A stretch of 64,000 bases of DNA, taken from NCBI GenBank assembly GCA_038882975.1, contig JAVZNE010000001.1, forward strand, positions 160,001 through 224,000, in the 5' to 3' direction. A model generated the notes under the pieces. It made no database searches and was not told the DNA's origin. It was given only the letters and a program-made list of their open reading frames with translations. This stretch comes from Candidatus Bathyarchaeia archaeon. GTDB lineage: Archaea; Thermoproteota; Bathyarchaeia; Bathyarchaeales; Bathycorpusculaceae. Below are positions 38,117 to 48,199 of this stretch, in pieces. The position numbers and the translations under genes were made by a program. Positions within the stretch are counted from its first letter, which is position 1. The number at the start of each line of letters is the position of its first letter.

Positions 38117-39673
38117 TCATTCCCATTCTATAGTTGCAGGCGGCTTATGGGTAATGTCATACACCACCCTAACAACTTCCGGTATTTCGCTGGTTATCCT
38201 CGTGGAGACTTTTTCTAAAACCTTGTAGGGAATTCTTGCAAAACTCGCCGTCATAGCCTCGCGACTTTCCACAGCTCGGATGGCTACGACATAGCCATAA
38301 GCTCTAGTGTCGCCCTTAACACCAGTGGCTTTCGTGTTTGTCAAAACCGCAAAATACTGCCACAATCGCTCTTTTAAGCCACTTTTCTCGAATTCCTCCC
38401 TCACAATTCTGTCCGCCTTCCTAACAATCTCAACCTTCTCTTTAGTTATTTCACCTACAACTCGTACTGCAAGCCCAGGACCGGGAAAAGGCTGCCTAAA
38501 AACTATTTCTTTTGGCAACCCAATTATTTTGGAGACTCTGCGAACTTCGTCCTTGTATAAATCTCTCAAAGGCTCGACAATTTTCTTAAACTTGATTTTT
38601 GTTGGGAGCCCGGCAACGTTATGATGCGTCTTGATTTTGTCTGAAAACCTTCGGAAGCCGGATTCAATTCTATCTGGGTAAATAGTTCCTTGGATGAGGT
38701 ATTCTGCGCCAACTTTTTCCGCAACTTCTTCAAAAACTCTGATGAACTCTTCGCCTATAATCTTCCTTTTCATTTCTGGGTCGGTTACGCCTTTAAGCCT
38801 TTCAAAGAATCTTTCTTGCGCGTTTACAATAACAAGGTTTATTTTGAGTTTTTGGAAAGTGTTCTTAACAAAATCTGGCTCGTTTTCCCTCATGAATCCG
38901 TGGTTAACAAAAACTGCTGTTAGTTTCTCTCCTATTGCCTTGGCTGCTATGGCTGTGGCTACGCTGGAGTCTATGCCTCCACTTAGGGCTATTATAGCTT
39001 TGCCGTCACCAACTTCTTTCCTAACTTCCTCAACCATTTTATTTATAATGTCTTCCATCCTCCAGTTGGCAACACAACCACACACTTCAAAGATAAAATT
39101 GTGCAGCATTTTAGCTCCATTTACCGTGTGCACCACTTCTGGATGCCACTGTAAACCGTAAATTGGTCTGGTTTTATGCTTGAAGGCGGCAACTGGGCAA
39201 TTTTGAGTATGAGCTAAAACATCAAATTCTGGGGGAACTGAAAAGACTGTATCGCTGTGGCTCATCCAAACCCGCTCTTTCCTGTTTAAATCCTTTAGAA
39301 CGTCAACAGGCTTGCCTATTATTGCATAAGTTGAGCCGAACTCTTTCCGCTTGGCTGGGCCAACTTTCCCACCGAAAATTTGAGCTATAAGCTGATGCCC
39401 ATAGCATAAACCTAAAACAGGTAGTCCTAAATCAAAAATACGCTTGTCCGGCTTTGGCGCATCTGCATCAAAAACGCTTGCAGGACCGCCAGACAGAATT
39501 AACCCTTTAATGTTAAACTTTTCGCCTAGAAGCCGTATCTCCTCAATTTTTATGTCGTGGGGAACAATTTCCGAATATACGCCGTTCTCTCTAACCCGCC
39601 TCCCAATGAGGTGACAGTATTGCCCGCCGAAGTCCAATACCAATATGGTATCGTATTTCAAGTATATACACAC
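38117..39673 (-). CDS. guaA: GMP synthase (fused GATase and ATPPase domains)
   Basis: [32 protein letters not shown]. Confidence 0.97.
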   Translation of the reverse strand: MCIYLKYDTILVLDFGGQYCHLIGRRVRENGVYSEIVPHDIKIEEIRLLGEKFNIKGLILSGGPASVFDADAPKPDKRIFDLGLPVLGLCYGHQLIAQIFGGKVGPAKRKEFGSTYAIIGKPVDVLKDLNRKERVWMSHSDTVFSVPPEFDVLAHTQNCPVAAFKHKTRPIYGLQWHPEVVHTVNGAKMLHNFIFEVCGCVANWRMEDIINKMVEEVRKEVGDGKAIIALSGGIDSSVATAIAAKAIGEKLTAVFVNHGFMRENEPDFVKNTFQKLKINLVIVNAQERFFERLKGVTDPEMKRKIIGEEFIRVFEEVAEKVGAEYLIQGTIYPDRIESGFRRFSDKIKTHHNVAGLPTKIKFKKIVEPLRDLYKDEVRRVSKIIGLPKEIVFRQPFPGPGLAVRVVGEITKEKVEIVRKADRIVREEFEKSGLKERLWQYFAVLTNTKATGVKGDTRAYGYVVAIRAVESREAMTASFARIPYKVLEKVSTRITSEIPEVVRVVYDITHKPPATIEWE

Positions 39674-39716
39674 TCAAATGCTTTGAACATGGGGATAAAA
39701 TGCTATTAAAAGTTTG

Positions 39717-41120
39717 TTAGGCGTATATGTACTTTTGCAGCTCCCAAAGCGTAACTGCGCCTTTATCATCTTTGGGCATGTGAGGCTCGTATTCACGCCA
39801 CTCTTGCATTTTAAGCTCCAAATATTTCTCCATGTTTTCTTTACCCAAAGCCCTTATGCAAATGTCGTCGCTTTTCAGTTCTTCCGAGGCTTCTTTAAGT
39901 GAGCTTGGCAGTACCTTAATTCCAAGCTCCTTTCGCTTCGCCTCGCTTAAATGATAAACATTCACGTCAACGGGGTCACCTGGCTCTATCTTCCTTTTGA
40001 TACCGTCTAAACCAGCTTCGAAGATTACGGCATATGCTAAATAAGGGTTACAGAGCGGGTCTGGACATCGGAATTCTATTCTGGCTTCACTCTCCTTCCC
40101 TGGGAAGTATTCTGGCACTCGGATTAAGGCTGAACGGTTTTTCCTGCTCCAAGTAATGTAGACCGGAGCCTCATAGCCTGGCACAAGCCTCTTATAACTG
40201 TTGACCGTGGGCGCTACAACTGCGCATAAAGCCCTTGCGTGCTCAAGGATTCCACCTATGAAATAGCGGCACTTCTGTGACAAATGAGCATAGCCATCCT
40301 TGTCATAGAAGATATTTCTTCCAGTCTTCGCGTCGAAAAGTCCGAGATGGACATGCATGCCGCTCCCTGGTTTTCCAAACCATGGTTTTGGCATGAAAGT
40401 GGCTATCCATCCATATTTTCTGTCAGCAACAGCCTTAGCTGCAAACTTATAACGTACAATATTATCCGACGTTGTCACCGGATTGGAGTACTTGAAAGTT
40501 ATTTCATTTTGAGCCGCACCGACCTCATGGTGCTGCCTCTCAACCTCTATGCCCATTGTGAAGAGCGCATTGGTCAACTCCATTCTGAAGGCTTCAGTAA
40601 CATCCCTGCCCGGAGCTATGTCAAAATAACGCTGTTTGTCTATAAGGTGATTTTCAACAGGTTGGAAATCGCCATTAGCGGTTCTTTGCACAAGGTAAAA
40701 CTCCAACTCTGCGGCTGCCGTCGGCTCGTATCCCTCAGCCGCCAATCTTTCAAGGGTTTTTTGGCATATATATCGCGGGTCTCCTTCAAAGCGTCTGCCT
40801 TCCGGCGTGTATAAGTTGCAAATAAAGCTCACAACACTTTTGTCATAGAAATAGTATGGGCAAACCGTGAAAGTGGTTATGTCAGGTTTCATAAGCATGT
40901 CGCTTTCTTCTATGCCAACTCCGCCAATCAACGATGAACCATCAAAGCCGACACCCTCAACTATGGCGTTTTCCACCTCCTCAACGGGAATAGTCCTACC
41001 CTTTAAAAAACCAAGCAGATCTGTGAAATGCAAAAGAACATGGTCAGCGTTTTTCATAAGCCTAAAACACAATTCAACATTTTGGTTTTGAAACATCCGC
41101 CGTAGCGAATTTCGCATCAT
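39717..41120 (-). CDS. glnA: Glutamine synthetase type I
   Basis: FDGSS, HHEV, FMPKP, GSGMH.H, GYEAP, NRSA, RIEFR. Confidence 0.9.
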   Translation of the reverse strand: MMRNSLRRMFQNQNVELCFRLMKNADHVLLHFTDLLGFLKGRTIPVEEVENAIVEGVGFDGSSLIGGVGIEESDMLMKPDITTFTVCPYYFYDKSVVSFICNLYTPEGRRFEGDPRYICQKTLERLAAEGYEPTAAAELEFYLVQRTANGDFQPVENHLIDKQRYFDIAPGRDVTEAFRMELTNALFTMGIEVERQHHEVGAAQNEITFKYSNPVTTSDNIVRYKFAAKAVADRKYGWIATFMPKPWFGKPGSGMHVHLGLFDAKTGRNIFYDKDGYAHLSQKCRYFIGGILEHARALCAVVAPTVNSYKRLVPGYEAPVYITWSRKNRSALIRVPEYFPGKESEARIEFRCPDPLCNPYLAYAVIFEAGLDGIKRKIEPGDPVDVNVYHLSEAKRKELGIKVLPSSLKEASEELKSDDICIRALGKENMEKYLELKMQEWREYEPHMPKDDKGAVTLWELQKYIYA

Positions 41121-41260
41121 GTTAGCTCCCTGGATAATTTTACAGTTAGATAAGCTTTAATAATACATATAAAAGGTTTTTCAAAGAAAATGATGACAAA
41201 TGTTAAATATAAAATAAAGTAGTCTTACATGTGTAACATGAATGAAGGAGCGTATATATA

Positions 41261-41770
41261 ATGAACGGTGCAAATGTTCGATGGTCAGCCCCCAAGGAAG
41301 GTAGCGAAAAGCGGGTCAGAAAAGGGGAAGAATTAAACGAGGTTGACGTGAAAATTTTGAGGGCTTTAACTTTGGATGCGAGGCTTTCCTCAAGGCAGCT
41401 GGCTAAGCAGTGTGGCGTATCCACAAGCACAGCCCTATCAAGAGTAAAGAAACTGGAAGAAGCTGGTATAATAAAGGGGTACGCAGCCCTACTGGACCAT
41501 GAGAAACTTGGCTACGCCCTAACCGTCGTGGTCGAAATAACAGTTTCAAAAGGAAGACTTTTAGAAGTGGAAAGCGAAATTGCAAAACTTCCCAACGTCT
41601 GCTGCGTCTACGACGTAACAGGACTGATAGACGCCATAGTCATAGCCAAATTCAAAAACAGAGAAGAACTAAGCAAATTTGCAAAACGCTTGTTAGCAAT
41701 GCCCTACGTAGAAAGAACAAACACCCACGTAGTGCTAACAACAATAAAAGAAGATTTCAGAATAATCTAA
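41261..41770 (+). CDS. Lrp/AsnC family regulator divergent from glnA (start uncertain)
   Basis: D.KIL..L..DAR HTH, RVKKLEE.GII.GY, YDVTG..D. Confidence 0.9.
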   Translation: MNGANVRWSAPKEGSEKRVRKGEELNEVDVKILRALTLDARLSSRQLAKQCGVSTSTALSRVKKLEEAGIIKGYAALLDHEKLGYALTVVVEITVSKGRLLEVESEIAKLPNVCCVYDVTGLIDAIVIAKFKNREELSKFAKRLLAMPYVERTNTHVVLTTIKEDFRII

Positions 41771-41837
41771 ACCCTTAAGAAACATTGAAGGGAAGGTTTA
41801 ATTTCACCTAGAAAAATAAGAAATAAACTGAAGACAT

Positions 41838-41952
41838 GCGGGGGTTGCCAAGCCTGGCCAAAGGCGCAGCCCTGAGGAGAAACCCTTCCAAAAGTTTCGC
41901 GGAACGGCTGTCCCGTAGGGGTTCGTGGGTTCAAATCCCACCCCCCGCACCA
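41838..41952 (+). tRNA. tRNA-Leu(GAG) with 27-nt intron (41878-41904) at 37/38; CCA encoded
   Basis: GCGGGGG/CCCCCGC acceptor stem, CAGCC/GGCTG anticodon stem, long variable arm, GTTCAAATC T-loop. Confidence 0.9.
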
Positions 41953-42246
41953 TCGCCACAACGTCGAATTCGCTCAAACTTCGCTCTTTTTGAGCGTAAA
42001 ACAGCAGAAAATTGACTTTAATTTTTTGGGTCTCTTTTGATTTTGCTTGAGAGTTTATAACTGTCAAGTCCAAAAATAAATTGTTTCAATAGGATGGGAT
42101 GGGAATGGAAAAATAAAGAATTCTTCCGGCCGTTCATATAACGAATCTTTATCTCTATTAGACTCAACAAATTGACAAACACACTATATATAAATTGGTT
42201 AAACTCTTATTAGAATTTAGAGTAAAAATTTCAATCGGCTCAATAT

Positions 42247-42704
42247 ATGTCTATGTCAAGAGATAAGAAACTGGTAACACCTCCAAGGTTAAGTATAGCA
42301 GACCTTCTAGAAATACAACACACCGATATTAATTTTGACAATTTTTCTGTTGAAGAAATCGAAGAATTAATTGGTGACGAAATTGTTCAACGCTATCTGA
42401 AAATGGTTAAGGAAGCACGATTAACACGTTCTCCTGAGCTTGAAAATTATCAAAAGGAACTGAAAGAACAGGTGAAAAAGAAATCCTACTTTATTTTAGA
42501 AAGAAAAGTTAGCGAAGAATTAAGATGGCGAAGAGCGTCTGGATTTGTCTCAATAGCGAGTTGGTTATAGGAGTTCTGTGCATTTTATCTAACAACTTGT
42601 TAGGAGCCTCGCTGCTATTTATAATAGGAGGATTTTTTATGGCGATTGCGGTCGGCTACAAAAAGATTGAGATGGGAATAAAAAAACTAGGAATAAAGAA
42701 GTAA
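42247..42704 (+). pseudogene. Frameshifted membrane-protein gene
   Basis: The ORF stops at 42570, but the -1 frame from 42561 continues LVIGVLCILSNNLLGASLLFIIGGFFMAIAVGYKK..KK* to 42704. Confidence 0.5.
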
Positions 42705-43112
42705 CCTGACGAGGGCAAATATGAAAGAGGCTTAAAATTAACTCGTTTCTAAAATTTCATCTTAAAAAAATCATCTTAAATCGGATTAAAAAGGAGATAT
42801 CAAATAGATATCATTTTTGCTTGTTTCACCCGTAGAAATTTTCTGGTTCAAACTTTTCTTTCAACTCATCTCTAATTTATTTAATATTGTCTGAAAATTG
42901 TAACCATGAAAGTGAAAATGCTATCACATTAACACCTGCTAGCATAATATGAATGTAAGAAATGTGGAGTAAAGAAATTCAAAAGCACTCTTATTGTACC
43001 TTCCTGGTTAGCTGACACTGGAAGACCCGTCTGTTATAGTTTTAAACCTTACAGACCTAAAGAACATAAAGATGAGAAAAAGAAACATTGATGCAACAGT
43101 AAACTTAACATA

Positions 43113-43388
43113 TTATGAGTGATATTCAATAAAGTACAATAAAATAGCGAAGATTACTATTTGAAGTATAAGTTCAATCATGACTGACATGGGGTCTATT
43201 GCCCATCCAGCTAATAGGTTAAATGGAAAGGGTAGAGCCTCAATAATCGTCATAATCGTAAGTTCTGATATTAACTCTACAATGTTTCTGCTCAACAAAA
43301 TTCCTATTATCCAAAGTGCTGTAACAATAAACCCAGCAATAAACCACAAGCCTATATACTTAGCTATTTCACTCACTATTTCGCTCAT
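43113..43388 (-). CDS. Hypothetical membrane protein (island cargo)
   Basis: 91-aa hydrophobic ORF. Confidence 0.5.
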   Translation of the reverse strand: MSEIVSEIAKYIGLWFIAGFIVTALWIIGILLSRNIVELISELTIMTIIEALPFPFNLLAGWAIDPMSVMIELILQIVIFAILLYFIEYHS

Positions 43389-43972
43389 TAATAAACTGGT
43401 GTCATCAATAGAGAGATAAAAAGTTTATTTTACGCAATGGCGCTTTCGCAGTGTTCGAGCATTTTGAATGTTTGAATTTCTAAAATGGTTGTTTGAACTT
43501 GGTAAACCATCTATACGCTTTGCTTGCAACTTTCTTTTTCCATTTCATATTCAGCTTCAGTTTTATACACACCTAACCAACACCAAAGAGAATGCTCCTA
43601 AACTTCAAAGATAGAACCGTATGATTACTCCATTCCAGCTAAAAAGATTCCTAGTACTATCAACTTGGACCTTTAGGCTTACCTTTCAGAACATCCCTTG
43701 CTGTATGCCACCAACCAGACATAGGAACATCATTTACCAATGAAAAGTTCAATTCCCTGCTTAACTACCCCCCGCACTGAATTTCACTTCTAGGTTTAAA
43801 CTGTCACATCGTTTGTCGGAATAAAATAAAACTATAGTGTGAGCAAAACTCGGATTACGTAAATAAATATGGTTAAAGCTGTAAATGTCAACTCATTCGT
43901 GTATCTGTTTTTTATGTGATATTGTAGATATATAGAAAACTATAAATGTAGCTACTTGTAATAATATGAAAC

Positions 43973-44155
43973 ATGGGCAAACTAAATGTTAAAATAAAAA
44001 ATGATGTCGATGTCAAATTCAGAGAAGAAGTATTTAGAAGAAAAGGCATGAAAAAAGGAAACTTAACAGAGGCGTTAGAAGAGGCAATACTGTTATGGAT
44101 TAACACAGATACTCTAAAGAAAAAAGAGAAAAATATTAAAGGCGAAACAAAATGA
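43973..44155 (+). CDS. Small ribbon-helix-helix/CopG-like protein
   Basis: MGKLNVKI..DVD.KFR....KKGNL..ALEEAI.LW pattern. Confidence 0.7.
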   Translation: MGKLNVKIKNDVDVKFREEVFRRKGMKKGNLTEALEEAILLWINTDTLKKKEKNIKGETK

Positions 44156-44262
44156 TGTTTTCCAAGGTAGAAATAAATATTAAGTGTATAGCAATAATAT
44201 ATATTATAGAATAAGAAAAGTTAGATAAGCTACTAGAAGATTATGATTTAGAGGATGAGAAA

Positions 44263-44475
44263 ATGAAAAAAAGTAAGACGAGTGGGTTCGAATACATAAT
44301 GTCTTTAGGTGACAAACTTGGAGAATACGTTGAAAAATGGATAGTAGTATTAGACAACAAAATAGTAGCAAGTGGTGAAGACTTAAAAGAGGTTTATAAA
44401 GAAGCAAAGGAGAAACATCCTCAAGAGACTCTTTTCGTAATGAAGGTTCCTGCAGACAAAGTCATGGTGCTGTGA
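44263..44475 (+). CDS. DUF5678-like small protein
   Basis: Y..KWIVV...KIVASG.DL.EVY..AK.KHP...FV.KVP pattern, recognised from memory. Confidence 0.65.
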   Translation: MKKSKTSGFEYIMSLGDKLGEYVEKWIVVLDNKIVASGEDLKEVYKEAKEKHPQETLFVMKVPADKVMVL

Positions 44476-44481
44476 CATTGT

Positions 44482-44934
44482 TTGCCTTCTAAAAAGAGTG
44501 TTACTTGCAAATATTTATTTTATAGGTATACCATGCGAAATGGTACAGTTAGGACACTGTTACTTCCTTTAGTTCATGTCCGAATAGAATCTCCCGAAGA
44601 ACATATCGAAACAGATGCATTGGTGGATTCAGGTGCTACTAGGACACTTATTCCAAAAGAGATAGCAGAAATTTTGCCATCTTTGAAATATGAAGAACAA
44701 CGTGCTGAAGTCACGGGTGCTGGAGGTGTATTCCTTGCTAGAGTAACAAGATTGAAAAAGCTTACACTGATAAAGAATATCACTCCATTTGCACATTTTG
44801 TGGAAATTGAAGTGTTAGTTCCAGACCATGAGGGTATTTTACCCTATGTGATTCTTGGAAGAGACTACGTCTTCCGCCGATTTGACATTACATTTCATGA
44901 AAAGAGGCGAAAATTAACTTTTACAGAAATCTAA
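44482..44934 (+). CDS. Retropepsin-like (clan AA) single-domain aspartic protease
   Basis: ALVDSGA catalytic motif, GAGG flap, ILGRD. Confidence 0.8.
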   Translation: MPSKKSVTCKYLFYRYTMRNGTVRTLLLPLVHVRIESPEEHIETDALVDSGATRTLIPKEIAEILPSLKYEEQRAEVTGAGGVFLARVTRLKKLTLIKNITPFAHFVEIEVLVPDHEGILPYVILGRDYVFRRFDITFHEKRRKLTFTEI

Positions 44935-45161
44935 ACGGCGAGAAGTTCAAATGTAACGCCAATCGCATTAATGCATACAACCAACTAGGCAATCTTTTTA
45001 TGGAAAATGGAGAAATTGACTTGTAGATAATGTCACTTGACAGTTTTAAACGACAGTATAAACCTAACCCCCCGCACTTTTGCATTTATCTCCTATTACA
45101 CACAGAGAATATGGTAAGTCTTATCTACTTGAGATTTTGCACGCTGCAAAACTAAAATGGT

Positions 45162-45237
45162 TGGTAGCCCGGGGGAGATTCGAACTCCCGTCGGCGGGTC
45201 CAAAGCCCGCTATGCTTGTCCACTACACCACCGGGCT
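45162..45237 (-). tRNA. tRNA-Gln(TTG), CCA encoded
   Basis: Reverse complement AGCCCGG..GCGGG-CT-TTG-GA-CCCGC..GTTCGAATC..CCGGGCT-ACCA. Confidence 0.95.
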
Positions 45238-45262
45238 TCATACATACATCATGTGATTAACT

Positions 45263-46387
45263 TTAACTCTTTGATATGTGTGTTTTGATTAAATGTTTCC
45301 TTTCTCGCCTTATTTTCCATATGTCTTTTCTAGCCTTTTTGATGGTTTCCGCCGCCTCCGCCTTACTTACATTAGCCGTGTCATTTAAGCTTAGAAGCTT
45401 TACAATGTTTTGACAGTGTTTTGGGTTACCTTTTTCAAGTTTTTCTATCGAGTGCATTAGTCTTGTGTAGTCTATTTTCTGCCTTTCAACTATGGCTTTT
45501 AGCCAAGCATAGTTTTCAACAATGTTTAGGGATATACTGGATAAGTAGTGCACTGTTTCAGCAAACTTTCTAGAGTTTATCATTGAGTTTGCTCTTAAAA
45601 TTGTGCCTTGCATGAACGCGGTGTTAAAGTAATAGTTTAAGCTTGTTCTAACTTTGAAATGCACGTTTTTCAACGTTTGAGATTTCCGTTTAACGATGAA
45701 GCTCATTTCGTCCCAAACAGCTTTGAAGAGTTTTAGCTTTTCTTCAGCTGCTGTTATATTCACATCATCTAGTTTAGCCATTACTATATAATCGTTAAAA
45801 ATTTCTGGCATGCCAAGCTTTTCCGCTGCAATTTCCACTTTTTCTAGGAATCGGCTGTTTGAAAAAGGTTCGAGAGTTATTTCCAACAATACACGCAAAA
45901 TATTTTCCATGGCAACAACGGCGAAGAGATGGGCGCTTAGATGGTCGCCTTTGGTGTGGGCTGAGGTTGCACGGCTTAGGTATATGTCTGACTCTATTAT
46001 GTGGGTTTCTATCCTCATTCCAATCCTTTCATGCGAGCCATAAAACTTCGCCATTGAAAGCTTTGTATTTGTCAAAGTCCAGTCCCTATCGTATAGGATT
46101 TGGACTTCGTAGAGTTTTTGGTCAAATTTTGGATGTATTGGACCTTGAATCAAATGTTTTGGAACAAAATTAAAGTCTAGAAATAGGTCGCCAACAGAGA
46201 CTCTCTCCACATACTCGTCTTCGAGAGGGTTATTGCTGAGGACTAGCAAGTCGACATCACTTGAAGGTACAGCGTCGCTGCGGCTCCAGCTTCCAAATAA
46301 GCCTATCCCAGAAATGGTTTCGTTGGCAGCCATCTCTTTTACGATTTTCTCCAGCGTTTTTCGCACTTTCTCTGGGAGCTTTATCAT
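45263..46387 (-). CDS. Minimal nucleotidyltransferase domain fused to helical (HEPN-like) region
   Basis: LFGSWSR.D..SDVDLLV Pol-beta motif; start trimmed to ATG 46387. Confidence 0.7.
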   Translation of the reverse strand: MIKLPEKVRKTLEKIVKEMAANETISGIGLFGSWSRSDAVPSSDVDLLVLSNNPLEDEYVERVSVGDLFLDFNFVPKHLIQGPIHPKFDQKLYEVQILYDRDWTLTNTKLSMAKFYGSHERIGMRIETHIIESDIYLSRATSAHTKGDHLSAHLFAVVAMENILRVLLEITLEPFSNSRFLEKVEIAAEKLGMPEIFNDYIVMAKLDDVNITAAEEKLKLFKAVWDEMSFIVKRKSQTLKNVHFKVRTSLNYYFNTAFMQGTILRANSMINSRKFAETVHYLSSISLNIVENYAWLKAIVERQKIDYTRLMHSIEKLEKGNPKHCQNIVKLLSLNDTANVSKAEAAETIKKARKDIWKIRRERKHLIKTHISKS

Positions 46388-46586
46388 TTTGGCACAACTC
46401 TTTTGGTAGATTAGTAGCACTAATCATTATTCAAGATTTGTGAAGGGGATATTTTAGTTTAAACCGTAAAATTTATATATTAAAACATTTCATCTGGATA
46501 GAACACGCGGGGCCGGATGGCGTCTTCTACTCCTATATTGGGGAAATGAAAAGGGACGGTTCTACGCAAAATCGAAGTGTGGGAAA

Positions 46587-47525
46587 ATGAGCGGGAAAGA
46601 AAGCGGAACCCGTCAACGCTTGGTTGACAAGTGCCCGGAATGTGGTAGTGTAAATCTTATCCACGACTATGACACTGGCGAAACCGTTTGCGGAGAATGT
46701 GGACTTGTACTTCACGAGCAGATGATGGACAAGGGACCAGAGTGGCGTGCCTTCACACAGGAGGAGAAAGCCTCAAGAAGTCGCGTAGGAGTGCCAACGT
46801 CCTACTCCGTCCACGATAAAGGATTGTCAACGGCCATAAGCCAAGTTGACCGAGACGCCTTCGGAAGAAAACTTCCACTTTCGACACGCTTGCAAATGTG
46901 GCGCCTAAGAAAATGGCAGATACGCTCAAGGGTGCACTCCTCAATAGACCGAAACTTGGCACAGGCAATGGCTGAGCTTGACCGCCTCTCAGACAAGGTG
47001 TATATACCGCCACCGATTAAGGAGAAGGCAGCCGTCATATACCGCAAAGCCCTAGACAAAGGCTTAGTACGGGGAAGATCAATTGCAGCCATAGCCGCTG
47101 CTGCCCTTTACGCTGCTTGCCGTGGAAGCGGGACCCCGAGAACATTGAGGGAGATAGCGGAAGCCAGCTTAGTGGACAAGAAGGATGTTGCCCGCTGTTA
47201 TAGGCTCTTGCTCCGAGAGCTTGACGTGCAAATGCCCATAGCAGACCCATTAACATACGTTTCAAAAATTGCTGAAAAAACCGGGATTTCGGGTAAAACA
47301 CAAGGACTGGCAATACAAATCTTACGTGAAGCAAAAATGAAACGTGCCGCAGCTGGAAAAGACCCTATGGGTTTGGCTGCCGCAGCACTATACATTGCAT
47401 GCTTGCAAAATAATGAAAAGAAAACCCAAAAGGACATTGCTGAAGCTGCGGGGGTCACGGAGGTTACGGTTCGAAATCGCTACAAAACACTGAAGAGGCA
47501 ATTAAACTTAGAACTGCCAGACTAG
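46587..47525 (+). CDS. tfb: Transcription initiation factor IIB
   Basis: CPECG..VC..CG zinc ribbon, GPEWRAF, two cyclin repeats, TEVTVRNRY. Confidence 0.98.
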   Translation: MSGKESGTRQRLVDKCPECGSVNLIHDYDTGETVCGECGLVLHEQMMDKGPEWRAFTQEEKASRSRVGVPTSYSVHDKGLSTAISQVDRDAFGRKLPLSTRLQMWRLRKWQIRSRVHSSIDRNLAQAMAELDRLSDKVYIPPPIKEKAAVIYRKALDKGLVRGRSIAAIAAAALYAACRGSGTPRTLREIAEASLVDKKDVARCYRLLLRELDVQMPIADPLTYVSKIAEKTGISGKTQGLAIQILREAKMKRAAAGKDPMGLAAAALYIACLQNNEKKTQKDIAEAAGVTEVTVRNRYKTLKRQLNLELPD

Positions 47526-47531
47526 CCGTTT

Positions 47532-47741
47532 CTAACTTTCATTTTCTTCCTTTTCGATTTCCATAACTATGGGGCCAACATACCCGCAGTCTTCACAAAC
47601 ATATTTTTTAGGCGTTAACCAGTAATCAAGGCTGCTTGACAGATGGATTTTGGGACTTCCGCATCTTGGACAGTAAATTTTCGATGGACCACGATGTTTC
47701 AGAGTCTTCAATACTTCACGCATGTTTTGTAGGATTTCCAT
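47532..47741 (-). CDS. Small Zn-ribbon protein
   Basis: CPRCGS...YVCEDCGY.G. Confidence 0.7.
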   Translation of the reverse strand: MEILQNMREVLKTLKHRGPSKIYCPRCGSPKIHLSSSLDYWLTPKKYVCEDCGYVGPIVMEIEKEENES

Positions 47742-47766
47742 GGGCTTACACCTTTTTAGGGCGTGG

Positions 47767-48075
47767 CTATTGAACCTCTATGTTTTCCTCCGGATATCCA
47801 AGCCTTATTAGGTATTGGCGGACTTTTTCGCGGTGGTCTCCTTGAAGGATTATTTGTCCGTTTTTGGCTGTTCCTCCACATGCACAGAAGCTTTTCAGTT
47901 TTTGGGCTAGGCCTCCAAGGTCTGTGTCTTTGTCGTTTATGCCTTCAACTATTGTTGTTGGTCTGCCGAACTTTCTTGTTTCAAATCTTATACGAATTCT
48001 TTGCTGCTCTTTCCCTATCTCGCCACAGACACACAAATCTTTGGGAAGCCCACATATTGGACAGATATCAGCCAT
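47767..48075 (-). CDS. Translation initiation factor aIF-1 (SUI1)
   Basis: ICPICGLP.DLCVC, LKS.CACGGT, ILQGDHR; start trimmed to ATG 48075. Confidence 0.92.
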   Translation of the reverse strand: MADICPICGLPKDLCVCGEIGKEQQRIRIRFETRKFGRPTTIVEGINDKDTDLGGLAQKLKSFCACGGTAKNGQIILQGDHREKVRQYLIRLGYPEENIEVQ

Positions 48076-48199
48076 GACGCTCAACATTTCAATGGCAACG
48101 CCCGTATATAAAATTTTCAAATCCCCAATCACTAAATTGGCAAGCATAAGCAGATTGAACCGGAAAAGCTTTAATGTTTTCATATAACCTTTTTGACTT

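Larger units (their letters stand above)
41940..45077. mobile_element. AT-rich decayed integrated island(s) at the tRNA-Leu 3' end
   Basis: ACCCCCCGCAC (tRNA 3' end, 41940-41950) recurs at 43767-43777 and 45067-45077; the interior is visibly AT-rich with broken ORFs; no integrase found. Confidence 0.65.

Noticed and set aside
41767-42073. ORFs 41767-41961 and 41804-42073
   Set aside because: They are antisense readings through tRNA-Leu.
45158-45165. ACCA-ACCA duplication at the tRNA-Gln 3' end as an att scar
   Set aside because: Only 4 nt, explicable by chance, and no longer repeat was found.
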